Below are positions 15,917 through 22,777 of a stretch of 24,000 bases of DNA, piece by piece. The stretch's first letter is position 1; every line of letters starts with the position of its first letter. The notes beneath the pieces were generated by a model. The model searched no databases. It had not been told where the DNA came from and was given only the letters and a program-made list of their open reading frames with translations. Position numbers and translations under genes: made by a program. The stretch lies in sequence record PQ868952.1; one strand, written 5' to 3'. This DNA comes from Curtobacterium phage Sunfish.

Positions 15917-16273
15917 TCAGTCCTCCGTGGTGGTGAAGCGGGCCGCGAGGAAGTCGCGGACCTGGTCGATGGTGGGGGTCAGGGCTGCCATGCCAGTCAG
16001 GCCAGCCATCACCCCGTCCTCGTCGATGAGCGCGCCGTCGGTGGCGATCCGGAGGTTGAGCACGAACTCGGAGAATGTCTCGGCGCCGGGTCCGGCGATC
16101 ACCGCCTCCTCCGCGATGAACGAGACACGCACGCTCTCGCTCTCATCCAGAGCCGAGGGGGGCTTCCACGTGTCGACGTACAGGCCGGGTGCGTCGCGGT
16201 GTCCGTCGAACTCGGCGAGCACGTCCTCGAGCATCGAGATCCTGGTGTACTGGTGGTGGGTCAGGCGGATCAT
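15917..16273 (-). CDS. Hypothetical protein
   Basis: 118 aa MIRLTHHQYTRISMLEDVLAEFDGHRD... Confidence 0.7.
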   Translation of the reverse strand: MIRLTHHQYTRISMLEDVLAEFDGHRDAPGLYVDTWKPPSALDESESVRVSFIAEEAVIAGPGAETFSEFVLNLRIATDGALIDEDGVMAGLTGMAALTPTIDQVRDFLAARFTTTED

Positions 16274-16581
16274 GCGAGCAGCGCCAGGTCGTAGCCCGGG
16301 ATGGTGCCGAGCAGTTCCGTGTGGGTCGCCTCGTGTCGAGCGAAGTCGTACAGGTACATGACCACGCCGTAGCTGATCACGTAGTCGTCGCACGAGCGGC
16401 ACCGGCGCAGCCAGAGCCCGTCGCCGATGTGCTGGTAGGACCCGCGTGGCACGTCGTCCGGCTCGGTCACTGGCGTCTGGCGGTAGCGGCTGGTGATGCG
16501 CTCGATGCGCTCCGGCGTGACGGTGCCGGCGATGCCGAGGATGCGTCCCTCGGTGATCTCGTTGCCCAAGGTGGCGTGCAT
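16270..16581 (-). CDS. Hypothetical protein
   Basis: 103 aa MHATLGNEITEGRILGIAGTVTPERIERITSRYRQTPV...; RBS AGGAGTAACC. Confidence 0.7.
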   Translation of the reverse strand: MHATLGNEITEGRILGIAGTVTPERIERITSRYRQTPVTEPDDVPRGSYQHIGDGLWLRRCRSCDDYVISYGVVMYLYDFARHEATHTELLGTIPGYDLALLA

Positions 16582-16589
16582 GGTTACTC

Positions 16590-17003
16590 CTAGCTGACGG
16601 TGAGCGGGATGATGCCGCTCGACTCGAGGGCCTTGCGGATGTCGCCCGGCCACAGGGTTTCGCCCGGCCGGCTGACCAGCGCCACGGTGAAGGACTGCAG
16701 CTTCGGCTCGCCAACCGCCGGATCTGCGTGCTGGATGTCGAGAAAGAACGGCAGGCGATCTACCTGGTAGCCGCCCGCGTCCTCGTTGAACTGCACGATG
16801 GTCACGTGCGCCCCGCCCTCGTCGTGCCAGGCGAGGGCGTAGACGGCGTCCTCGCTGCCGTCGTAGATGGAGTCGACCGCAACCTCGTCATCGGTGATCT
16901 GCCAGTGCTGGACCGCCAGGTCGAAAGTGTCCTGGTCGATGAACGTGCGGGCGTCGTGCACGAAGCTGTAGTGGTCGGTCTCGGTGAGGTTGACGGTGGT
17001 CAT
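16590..17003 (-). CDS. Hypothetical protein
   Basis: 137 aa MTTVNLTETDHYSFVHDARTFIDQDTFDLAVQHW... Confidence 0.75.
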   Translation of the reverse strand: MTTVNLTETDHYSFVHDARTFIDQDTFDLAVQHWQITDDEVAVDSIYDGSEDAVYALAWHDEGGAHVTIVQFNEDAGGYQVDRLPFFLDIQHADPAVGEPKLQSFTVALVSRPGETLWPGDIRKALESSGIIPLTVS

Positions 17004-17014
17004 GGTGATACTCC

Positions 17015-17392
17015 TCAGATCAGGGTCGAGCCGGACATGATGTGCACGCCGCAGTTGACGCAGCGCGCGGTGTCGCTGGCACCCCACGATCGGGGCAGGC
17101 CGCGCGACTTCCACTCGTGGGAGCAGGTCTCGACCTGCGCGAACTTCGCGTTGTACGCCTGCTCGAAGGTGAGCGCGATGGTGGCGACCAGCTCGCAGTA
17201 GTCGTCGTACTCGAGCAGCGGCTCGAGCTCTTCCCACGTGGGGAACCCGACGTCATCCGCCAGCAGGCGGGAGTCGAGCTCGAGCTCCTCGAAGCGGGGC
17301 TCGAAGTGGCCCATCTGAATGTCGACGAGCGCGGTGCGGGCGCCGGACTCGCGCGCCTTGCGCCGGTGCGATGCCTTGAGGGGGGAGGACAA
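17015..17392 (-). CDS. Hypothetical protein with C-terminal Cys/His motif
   Basis: 125 aa ...VETCSHEWKSRGLPRSWGASDTARCVNCGVHIMSGSTLI. Confidence 0.7.
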   Translation of the reverse strand: MSSPLKASHRRKARESGARTALVDIQMGHFEPRFEELELDSRLLADDVGFPTWEELEPLLEYDDYCELVATIALTFEQAYNAKFAQVETCSHEWKSRGLPRSWGASDTARCVNCGVHIMSGSTLI

Positions 17393-17423
17393 GAGTGGCT
17401 CCGTTCGATGTGTGGTTGTGGAG

Positions 17424-17470
17424 TGAGCCGGCGGGGATCGAACCCACCGAGAGCGCCATGTGCTCGGCTC
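17424..17470 (-). other. Truncated tRNA-like element (T-arm and acceptor-like pairing only)
   Basis: Minus strand GAGCCG...GTGGG-TTCGATC-CCCGC-CGGCTCA; no room for D and anticodon arms. Confidence 0.4.
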
Positions 17471-17472
17471 GT

Positions 17473-17487
17473 GTCTAGCGGCTAGAC
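17473..17487. repeat. Palindrome GTCTAGCGGCTAGAC, copy 5
   Basis: Contains TAG stop of the LAFTG protein gene. Confidence 0.95.
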
Positions 17488-18522
17488 GGTGTTGCGGCGC
17501 GCCTTCGTCCGGCGCCAGAGCGTGATGCCCAGACCCAGCGAGAACAGCAGCACGGCGCTGGCTGCGCCGATGACCATGCCGGTGCGGTCGATGCCGGTGA
17601 AGGCGAGCTGGTCAGTGCCCGTCGTCGTGGCGTGCACCTTCGGGGTCGTGTTCACCACGGCCGGTGCGCTCGGCGTCGGCGTGGTGTGCGGCACGACGAC
17701 GGCCGGCGTGGTCGGGGTCGGGGTCTCGGTCGGCTCGGTCACCGGCGGGGTCGTCGGCTCCGTGGTCGGCTCGTCCGTCGGCGGCGTGGTCGGTTCGTCG
17801 GTCGGCGGGGTCGTCGGCTCGTCCGTCGGTGGGGTGGTGGGCTCGTCGGTCGGGGGCGTCGTCGGCTCCTCGGTCGGCGGCGTCACCACCTCGCACGCCT
17901 TGATCTCCTCGGCGGTCTTCGGGCGGGTACCCTCCTCGTCGACGACGGTCCAGGTGGACTCGTCGGTGTTCACGATCCACGTCCCGTCGACCAGGACGTA
18001 CGGCTTCGTGGTCGTCGTGCGGTGCGTGGCCACGGTGTCGACGTCACACGACGGCGTGCCGTGCTGGTCCACCCAGGTCCCGACGAGCACCTCGTCCGCG
18101 GGCTGCGGCGGGGTGACCGGCGGGCACGGGTCCGTGGTGAACGTGACGTACGGCGTCCCGATCAGGTCGTACGCCAGGAACTTGCCGTCGTGGTTCGGGT
18201 CGAGGTAGCCCGGCGCGAGCAGTGCGCTGAGCTTCGACCCGTCGTCGGCGACGTCCCGGTAGAGGTCGAGCTGGTACCGCGTGCCGCACTGGTAGGTGAA
18301 GGCGCTGCGGTCGACGGTGGTGGCCGGCGTGGATCCGAGCAGCGTCTGCCGCTGTTCGTTGTCGCCCTTCGTCTGGTCGGGGATGACCCAGGCCACGAGG
18401 GTGTGGCCCGGCTGGTCGTGGTGTCCGTGCCCGTAGCCCGTGGCCGCCGCGGGTGCGGCGAGCCCGAGGGCTGCGAGTCCGGCGACGGCGAGTGCCGCGG
18501 CCGTGATGGTCAGCTTGCGCAT
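17482..18522 (-). CDS. Secreted, Thr/Pro-repeat, LAFTG-type putative sortase-anchored surface protein
   Basis: 346 aa; signal peptide MRKLTITAAALAVAGLAALGLAAPAAATG, TDEPTTPP repeats, LAFTG, TM helix VIGAASAVLLFSLGLGITLW and RRTKARRNTV tail. Confidence 0.88.
   Translation of the reverse strand: MRKLTITAAALAVAGLAALGLAAPAAATGYGHGHHDQPGHTLVAWVIPDQTKGDNEQRQTLLGSTPATTVDRSAFTYQCGTRYQLDLYRDVADDGSKLSALLAPGYLDPNHDGKFLAYDLIGTPYVTFTTDPCPPVTPPQPADEVLVGTWVDQHGTPSCDVDTVATHRTTTTKPYVLVDGTWIVNTDESTWTVVDEEGTRPKTAEEIKACEVVTPPTEEPTTPPTDEPTTPPTDEPTTPPTDEPTTPPTDEPTTEPTTPPVTEPTETPTPTTPAVVVPHTTPTPSAPAVVNTTPKVHATTTGTDQLAFTGIDRTGMVIGAASAVLLFSLGLGITLWRRTKARRNTV
17758..17883 (-). repeat. In-frame tandem 24-nt repeat encoding TDEPTTPP units (approximate bounds)
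   Basis: TEEPTTPP TDEPTTPP x3 TDEPTTEPTTPP in the translation. Confidence 0.85.
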
Positions 18523-18558
18523 GGTGCTCCTGTTCCGGTGAGTGATGGGTGGTGCGGC

Positions 18559-18951
18559 CTACTCCTGGTCGGAGTAGGAGTCCTTGGCCTCGTCCGCCTG
18601 CTCGAGCAGGTACGTGACGACGTCGCGGGCCAGCTGGTACAGCACGTAGCCGGCGGCGGTGAGGATGTCCTCGTTCCCATCCCCGATCTCGGGGGTGTCG
18701 AAGTACGCGCGGGTGCCGGTGAGCTCGAGCATGCGCGTCTCGTTCCAGATGCTCGGCCCACCGTCCGCGATCTCGTCGCGCTGCTCCTCGGTGACCTCGC
18801 CGTCTTCGTCGATGGCGTCGATGACCTCGCTGCGGATGCTGTCGTAGAAGCTCGTGGCCTCGTCGTTGTCGGCGCCGTGGTGCGTGGCCTCGGCCATCTG
18901 CCAGGGTGTGATGCCACGCAGCGTGTCGATGATGCGCTCTCGCAGGTCCAT
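18559..18951 (-). CDS. Hypothetical protein
   Basis: 130 aa MDLRERIIDTLRGITPWQMAEATHHGADNDEATSF...; leader CCCGGAACAGGAGC. Confidence 0.75.
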   Translation of the reverse strand: MDLRERIIDTLRGITPWQMAEATHHGADNDEATSFYDSIRSEVIDAIDEDGEVTEEQRDEIADGGPSIWNETRMLELTGTRAYFDTPEIGDGNEDILTAAGYVLYQLARDVVTYLLEQADEAKDSYSDQE

Positions 18952-18995
18952 GGTCGTGCTCCTGTTCCGGGAAGTTGGATCGTAACTGACAGTGC

Positions 18996-19010
18996 GTCTA
19001 GCCGCTAGAC
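18996..19010. repeat. Palindrome GTCTAGCCGCTAGAC, copy 6
   Basis: Contains TAG stop of CDS 19005-19643. Confidence 0.95.
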
Positions 19011-19643
19011 GGTCGGCAGCATCGAGTCGAGCGTCGGCCACTCGATGTCGGCGAGGGACTCGCGCGCCCAGGTGGCACCGAAGAACCCGTACACCTCGAT
19101 CTGCATGTCCCAGTCCTGCCCGTCGAGGTCGACCGGGGTCTCGTCGGTGACGCGCTCCTCGAGCACGGCGTGCCCGATCGCCCAGACGTCGCCGTCGATG
19201 TACGCCTGCCACATCTCGATGTCCCCGCTGAGGAGCCACTCGCCGTGCTCGGTGCCGGTGTGTCCGATGTTCTTGCGGTAGCCCGGGCTGTCGATGAGCA
19301 CGAGCAGGTCCCCCTGCGAGGGCCCGGACAGCTCGACGAACTCGATGCCGTGGAAGATCCGGAGGTAGCGCTCGGCGGTGTCCGAGCGGCTCCGGCCCCA
19401 CGTGTTCCACGCGGTGGCGATGGCGTCGGCCGCGTCCTCGTCGTCGAAGGTGGAGCCGGCGCGGTCGGCGCTCCACCCACCGCGGTACTCGAACCAGTAC
19501 GCCGGGGCGAGGCCGTCACCGTCGGGCGCCATGGTGCTGGTGTCAGTCTGGCGCTCGATCACCTCGAGGATGCGCGGGTCCGTGGTGGCCCGCCACTGCA
19601 GGTCGTAGCCGTGCTCGTGCCACGGTCCGATGGGGTCGGTCAT
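19005..19643 (-). CDS. Hypothetical protein
   Basis: 212 aa MTDPIGPWHEHGYDLQWRATTDPRILEVIERQTD...DSMLPTV. Confidence 0.75.
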   Translation of the reverse strand: MTDPIGPWHEHGYDLQWRATTDPRILEVIERQTDTSTMAPDGDGLAPAYWFEYRGGWSADRAGSTFDDEDAADAIATAWNTWGRSRSDTAERYLRIFHGIEFVELSGPSQGDLLVLIDSPGYRKNIGHTGTEHGEWLLSGDIEMWQAYIDGDVWAIGHAVLEERVTDETPVDLDGQDWDMQIEVYGFFGATWARESLADIEWPTLDSMLPTV

Positions 19644-19645
19644 GA

Positions 19646-19960
19646 TCAGCCTCCCGTTGTGTAGCGCGTGGTGTCGCGCTGGTTCTCGTGGTCGAGCGCC
19701 TCCTGCAGCAGGCGCTCGAAGGTCTCGGTGTCGACACGCTCCGACTTGGCGCGCTTGGTGCCGCCGTCGATCGCGTTCAGCGTGCGGCCGGTGGTGTTCG
19801 ACCAGGTGTTCTCGCGCACCGTCCACAGCCGGTCGTGCGACCAGAAGGCGACGAGCGTGTCGTACGAGAAGATGAAGCTGAGGTGTCCGAGGTCGACCTT
19901 CGTTGCGGTCGGCTGGTCGTACGCCCGTCGGCGGATGGTAGGCGCTTTGATCGGGGCCAT
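19646..19960 (-). CDS. Hypothetical protein
   Basis: 104 aa MAPIKAPTIRRRAYDQPTATKVDLGHLSFIF... Confidence 0.7.
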   Translation of the reverse strand: MAPIKAPTIRRRAYDQPTATKVDLGHLSFIFSYDTLVAFWSHDRLWTVRENTWSNTTGRTLNAIDGGTKRAKSERVDTETFERLLQEALDHENQRDTTRYTTGG

Positions 19961-19972
19961 GGGGTTCCTTCC

Positions 19973-19987
19973 GTCTAGCGGCTAGAC
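19973..19987. repeat. Palindrome GTCTAGCGGCTAGAC, copy 7
   Basis: Contains TAG stop of a 25-aa ORF; 12 nt upstream of the next start. Confidence 0.95.
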
Positions 19988-20059
19988 GCCGCGGTCGATG
20001 ATGCTGGTGATGCCGGCGATGATCCACGCCAGCACGGCGAGTGCGGTGTCGGCGATCAC
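19982..20059 (-). CDS. Very small membrane peptide MIADTALAVLAWIIAGITSIIDRGV
   Basis: 25 codons; GTG start overlaps upstream TGA; stop inside palindrome; absent from ORF track. Confidence 0.5.
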   Translation of the reverse strand: MIADTALAVLAWIIAGITSIIDRGV

Positions 20060-20427
20060 GAGGCGAACGCCCCGTCCTCCCAGTCGAGGGGCCGGCGGTA
20101 GAGCGAGACGTAGCCGAGCGGTCGGTTCACGGTGAGCACGTACCAGTGACCCGGTGCGAGCTCGAACTCGTGGAAGGTGTCGACCCCCCGCGGCTGGCGT
20201 GGGTCGTCGTCGCCGGTGTGTGCAGCGTCCGTCTCGTGCCCGTAGTCCCAGTTCGCGAGGTAGTCCGCGACTGCGTGGTAGTCACGCTCGTCCCATGCAG
20301 TGGTGAGCGCGCGGTCTTCCTCCTCGAGTTGGTCCGGGTGCTGGACGAACACGATCTCGACCCACGGGTTGCGGTGCTGGCGGCCGAGGGCGTCCTCATA
20401 GACGGGCAGGTCGGTGGACACGGTCAC
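20056..20427 (-). CDS. Hypothetical protein
   Basis: 123 aa from GTG (MTVSTDLPVYEDALGRQHRNPWVEIVFVQHPDQL...). Confidence 0.7.
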   Translation of the reverse strand: MTVSTDLPVYEDALGRQHRNPWVEIVFVQHPDQLEEEDRALTTAWDERDYHAVADYLANWDYGHETDAAHTGDDDPRQPRGVDTFHEFELAPGHWYVLTVNRPLGYVSLYRRPLDWEDGAFAS

Positions 20428-20528
20428 TCCTCGGTGTCGAGCGGGATGGGGTAGGCCAGCGCGATGACCAGCCCAATGATGGTGGCGGTGCCGATGCACA
20501 GCACGCCGATGGCGATGAACGGCAGCAT
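20424..20528 (-). CDS. Small membrane peptide MLPFIAIGVLCIGTATIIGLVIALAYPIPLDTEE
   Basis: 34 codons; overlaps both neighbours by 1-4 nt; ends GAGGAGTGA providing SD of the next gene. Confidence 0.6.
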   Translation of the reverse strand: MLPFIAIGVLCIGTATIIGLVIALAYPIPLDTEE

Positions 20529-20812
20529 CAGGTGGTGACGGGCGTGAGGATCCGGCTGTCGTACCGGTTCTCGATGGTGGCGACGGTGTCGAACACCAGG
20601 CTCGAGGTGTGCTCGAAGTCGGGTCCGTCGAGGTCGATCAGCCCGTCGATGTGCGAGCTGATGATCTCCTGCGCGGCGGCGAGGTCGCGCTCGTCGTCGG
20701 CGTTCATCGCCAGGTCCGGCGCGACCGAGCGGACCTGCTGCATGGCGGCGCGGAAGGCGACGATGCGGACGTGGGTGTCAGCCCAGTCGACCTGGACGGT
20801 GGTCTTGCTCAC
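20528..20812 (-). CDS. Hypothetical protein
   Basis: 94 aa MSKTTVQVDWADTHVRIVAFRAAMQQVRS...; SD GAGGAG. Confidence 0.75.
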   Translation of the reverse strand: MSKTTVQVDWADTHVRIVAFRAAMQQVRSVAPDLAMNADDERDLAAAQEIISSHIDGLIDLDGPDFEHTSSLVFDTVATIENRYDSRILTPVTT

Positions 20813-20826
20813 GGTGTCTCCTCGGT

Positions 20827-20841
20827 GTCTAGCGGCTAGAC
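20827..20841. repeat. Palindrome GTCTAGCGGCTAGAC, copy 8
   Basis: Contains TAG stop of CDS 20829-20972. Confidence 0.95.
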
Positions 20842-20972
20842 GGGGTGGGGGGATAGCGGTAGTAGCGGTGGCACTGGGTGCACCAGTAGCCGAGGTGCTT
20901 CGCGTCGTGCACGTCGTGCGTGTCGCGGTGCTTCACGGGGTTGCCGGGTGCACGGCCCTTGATCCGGGTCAC
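20829..20972 (-). CDS. Small zinc-ribbon-like protein
   Basis: 47 aa MTRIKGRAPGNPVKHRDTHDVHDAKHLGYWCTQCHRYYRYPPTPSSR; GTGA overlap. Confidence 0.6.
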   Translation of the reverse strand: MTRIKGRAPGNPVKHRDTHDVHDAKHLGYWCTQCHRYYRYPPTPSSR

Positions 20973-21301
20973 GGTGCGCGCCGGATCTCGCCGTCGGTGG
21001 CGACGCAGACGTCCGGGATGATGGGCCCGTCGAGCTTCGGCGGGGTGGTGCCGTTCCACATCGAGCACGGCGCGATGCCGGTGTCCTTGTGCAGCGGCTG
21101 GCCCGGCGTGTTCCCGACGATGACGCCGAGGATGAAGGCGGCGATGGTGAGGAAGAGCACGGTCCACCCGACGGCGGTCGTGTTCCAGCGGAGCCGGGTC
21201 CGCGGTTGGCGCGGCTGGCCGCCGACGGTGCGGCACTCCCGGCACAGCGGGTCGCGGCCGTACTCCCCGCGGTGGCGGTGGCAGAGCAGGATCTCGGTCA
21301 T
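20969..21301 (-). CDS. Cys-rich N-terminus plus single TM segment protein
   Basis: 110 aa MTEILLCHRHRGEYGRDPLCRECRTVGGQ...NTTAVGWTVLFLTIAAFILGVIVG. Confidence 0.75.
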   Translation of the reverse strand: MTEILLCHRHRGEYGRDPLCRECRTVGGQPRQPRTRLRWNTTAVGWTVLFLTIAAFILGVIVGNTPGQPLHKDTGIAPCSMWNGTTPPKLDGPIIPDVCVATDGEIRRAP

Positions 21302-21303
21302 GG

Positions 21304-21504
21304 TCAGCGGTCCTCGATGGTGGTGAGCGCGCCGACGCGGTTGCCGTTGACGTCGATGACGGCGACACGGTCACCCTCGCGGGGCTGCTCGTACTCGTCG
21401 TGACGGTGCACGGCACGCTCCGCGGCGTCGATGATGGCGTCGCGGATCTCACCCCACGTCTGCATCTGGGCGTTGTCGGCCCGCACGGTGACGATGATCT
21501 GCAT
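21304..21504 (-). CDS. Hypothetical protein
   Basis: 66 aa MQIIVTVRADNAQMQTWGEIRDAIIDAAERAVHRH... Confidence 0.7.
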   Translation of the reverse strand: MQIIVTVRADNAQMQTWGEIRDAIIDAAERAVHRHDEYEQPREGDRVAVIDVNGNRVGALTTIEDR

Positions 21505-21791
21505 CAGATGGCTCCGGTCTCGAAGGTGACGGACCAGCTGTCGCTCAGGTCGTCGGCGAGCTCGAGCAGGATGTGCGCGGCCTCGCCAGCGGATCCGAGT
21601 GCGGCGACGGTGACGCCGTTGTGCTTCACCCGCCAGGGCAGGATGGTGGTGACGCCGGGTGCCGGCTCGACCTCGACCACGCTGGTGATCGCGTCCGGGT
21701 GGTAGGGGTTCGGGTCTTCGTGCGTCAAGGTGGCGCGGACGTCGTCCGCGGTGACCTCGACGGCGTCCACGGTGACGATGAACTCGGGCAT
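21504..21791 (-). CDS. Hypothetical protein
   Basis: 95 aa MPEFIVTVDAVEVTADDVRATLTHEDPNPYHPD...; SD AAGGAGTCACC. Confidence 0.75.
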   Translation of the reverse strand: MPEFIVTVDAVEVTADDVRATLTHEDPNPYHPDAITSVVEVEPAPGVTTILPWRVKHNGVTVAALGSAGEAAHILLELADDLSDSWSVTFETGAI

Positions 21792-21811
21792 GGTGACTCC
21801 TTGGTGGTGAC

Positions 21812-21826
21812 GTCTAGCGGCTAGAC
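21812..21826. repeat. Palindrome GTCTAGCGGCTAGAC, copy 9
   Basis: Between CDS 21835-21936 and 21504-21791. Confidence 0.95.
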
Positions 21827-21834
21827 GGTGACGG

Positions 21835-21936
21835 TCAGGCGAGGAAGGTGCCGGTGTCCGAGTGCCACTCCCGGTGGTCGGACAGGGACTCGGTGGGCAC
21901 CAGGGCGTGACAGGTCTGGCATTCGGTGAGGTCCAC
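21835..21936 (-). CDS. Tiny Cys/His zinc-finger-like protein
   Basis: 33 aa from GTG, MDLTECQTCHALVPTESLSDHREWHSDTGTFLA; SD GTAGGAGTCACC. Confidence 0.55.
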   Translation of the reverse strand: MDLTECQTCHALVPTESLSDHREWHSDTGTFLA

Positions 21937-21975
21937 GGTGACTCCTACGTGGTGACGGTGACGGACAGGGATGTG

Positions 21976-22067
21976 TGGATCGGGCAGGACTCGAACCTGC
22001 GAACGGGCCGGGTGCGGCGCTGGGGGAACCAACGCACCCGGTGCACGTGCCACCGTGCTACCGATCC
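21976..22067 (-). tRNA. Atypical tRNA or tRNA-like element, 92 nt, anticodon not assignable
   Basis: GGATCGG/CCGATCC 7-bp acceptor, GCAGG-TTCGAGT-CCTGC T-arm, GCAC/GTGC D-like arm; central CCGGGTGCG/CGCACCCGG 9-bp stem instead of 5+7+5 arm. Confidence 0.5.
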
Positions 22068-22092
22068 GGGGATGTGCGGTGTAACCGACACT

Positions 22093-22107
22093 GTCTAGCG
22101 GCTAGAC
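22093..22107. repeat. Palindrome GTCTAGCGGCTAGAC, copy 10
   Basis: Between a terminator hairpin and the tRNA-like element. Confidence 0.95.
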
Positions 22108-22110
22108 GGT

Positions 22111-22141
22111 GACCGGGGGAGGGCAGAGTCCTCCCCCGGTC
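22111..22141 (-). terminator. Strong hairpin downstream of the small secreted protein gene
   Basis: GACCGGGGGAGG-gcagagt-CCTCCCCCGGTC, perfect 12-bp stem, 7-nt loop; no U-tract. Confidence 0.65.
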
Positions 22142-22152
22142 GGTGGTGACGC

Positions 22153-22383
22153 TCAGTGCTGGTAGCTGATGACCCGGTCCTTGCGGTCGATCACGAGCAC
22201 GTGACCCTTGGTGGTCTCGGTCCAGCACCGGGCTTGGGTGCCGTCGTTGTAGTCGTCGTTGATGCACCGGGGGATGCTCGGCAGGGTGGCGGCGGCGCCG
22301 AACGCGGCGTGCGAGGAGATCCCCATGGTGATGAGGGAGGCTCCGACGACGACGGTCGCGGCGATGCTCTTGATGCGGCTCAT
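22153..22383 (-). CDS. Small secreted protein
   Basis: 76 aa; signal peptide MSRIKSIAATVVVGASLITMGISSHAAFGA; mature part ...PRCINDDYNDGTQARCWTETTKGHVLVIDRKDRVISYQH with two Cys. Confidence 0.75.
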   Translation of the reverse strand: MSRIKSIAATVVVGASLITMGISSHAAFGAAATLPSIPRCINDDYNDGTQARCWTETTKGHVLVIDRKDRVISYQH

Positions 22384-22401
22384 GGTGGTGACTTCCGTTC
22401 T

Positions 22402-22416
22402 GTCTAGCGGCTAGAC
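22402..22416. repeat. Palindrome GTCTAGCGGCTAGAC, copy 11
   Basis: Contains TAG stop of the minus ORF ending YTSSR; upstream of CDS 22153-22383. Confidence 0.95.
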
Positions 22417-22529
22417 GTGTAGTGGTCGGCGTGACGCCAGGGGCGGCGGTACGCCAGGACGAGCGCGGCGAGGCCGGCGACGTGCACGGTGACGAGCACG
22501 GCGGCGACTGCCGACAGGTGGACGAGCAC
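22404..22529 (-). CDS. Small membrane peptide (start uncertain)
   Basis: GTG-initiated MLVHLSAVAAVLVTVHVAGLAALVLAYRRPWRHADHYTSSR; hydrophobic segment; stop inside palindrome. Confidence 0.4.
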   Translation of the reverse strand: MLVHLSAVAAVLVTVHVAGLAALVLAYRRPWRHADHYTSSR

Positions 22530-22777
22530 GGCTATCGAGCCGGGCGCGGTGGGACGGGGCGGACGTTGGTCCGGGTCCGGTGGGCGGACAGGTCCGCCGG
22601 GTCCGCGGTGGCGGACGGGGTACGCATGGTGCGCTCCGATCGTGGGGGCTCCGCAAGAGCGGAACCGATGGGCCGTCCGCAAGAGCGGGCGGTACGGGGG
22701 AACCGTAGGACACGGCACGGGTGCGGGGGCGGCAACCGTGCCGTGACCAACGGCCACAGTGAAACCCCCCGTCAGTC

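Noticed and set aside
17424-17470. Complete functional tRNA gene
   Set aside because: T-arm is convincing but there is no room for D and anticodon arms between it and the matching 5' acceptor segment, and no 7-bp partner at the canonical distance.
17758-17883. Possible CRISPR or regulatory direct repeats
   Set aside because: Repeats are in-frame 24-nt codon repeats (TDEPTTPP) of the surface protein with no spacers.
17632-19008. 458-aa plus-strand ORF rich in GRRRG
   Set aside because: Mirror of the Thr/Pro repeat of the LAFTG gene and neighbouring genes; composition artefact.
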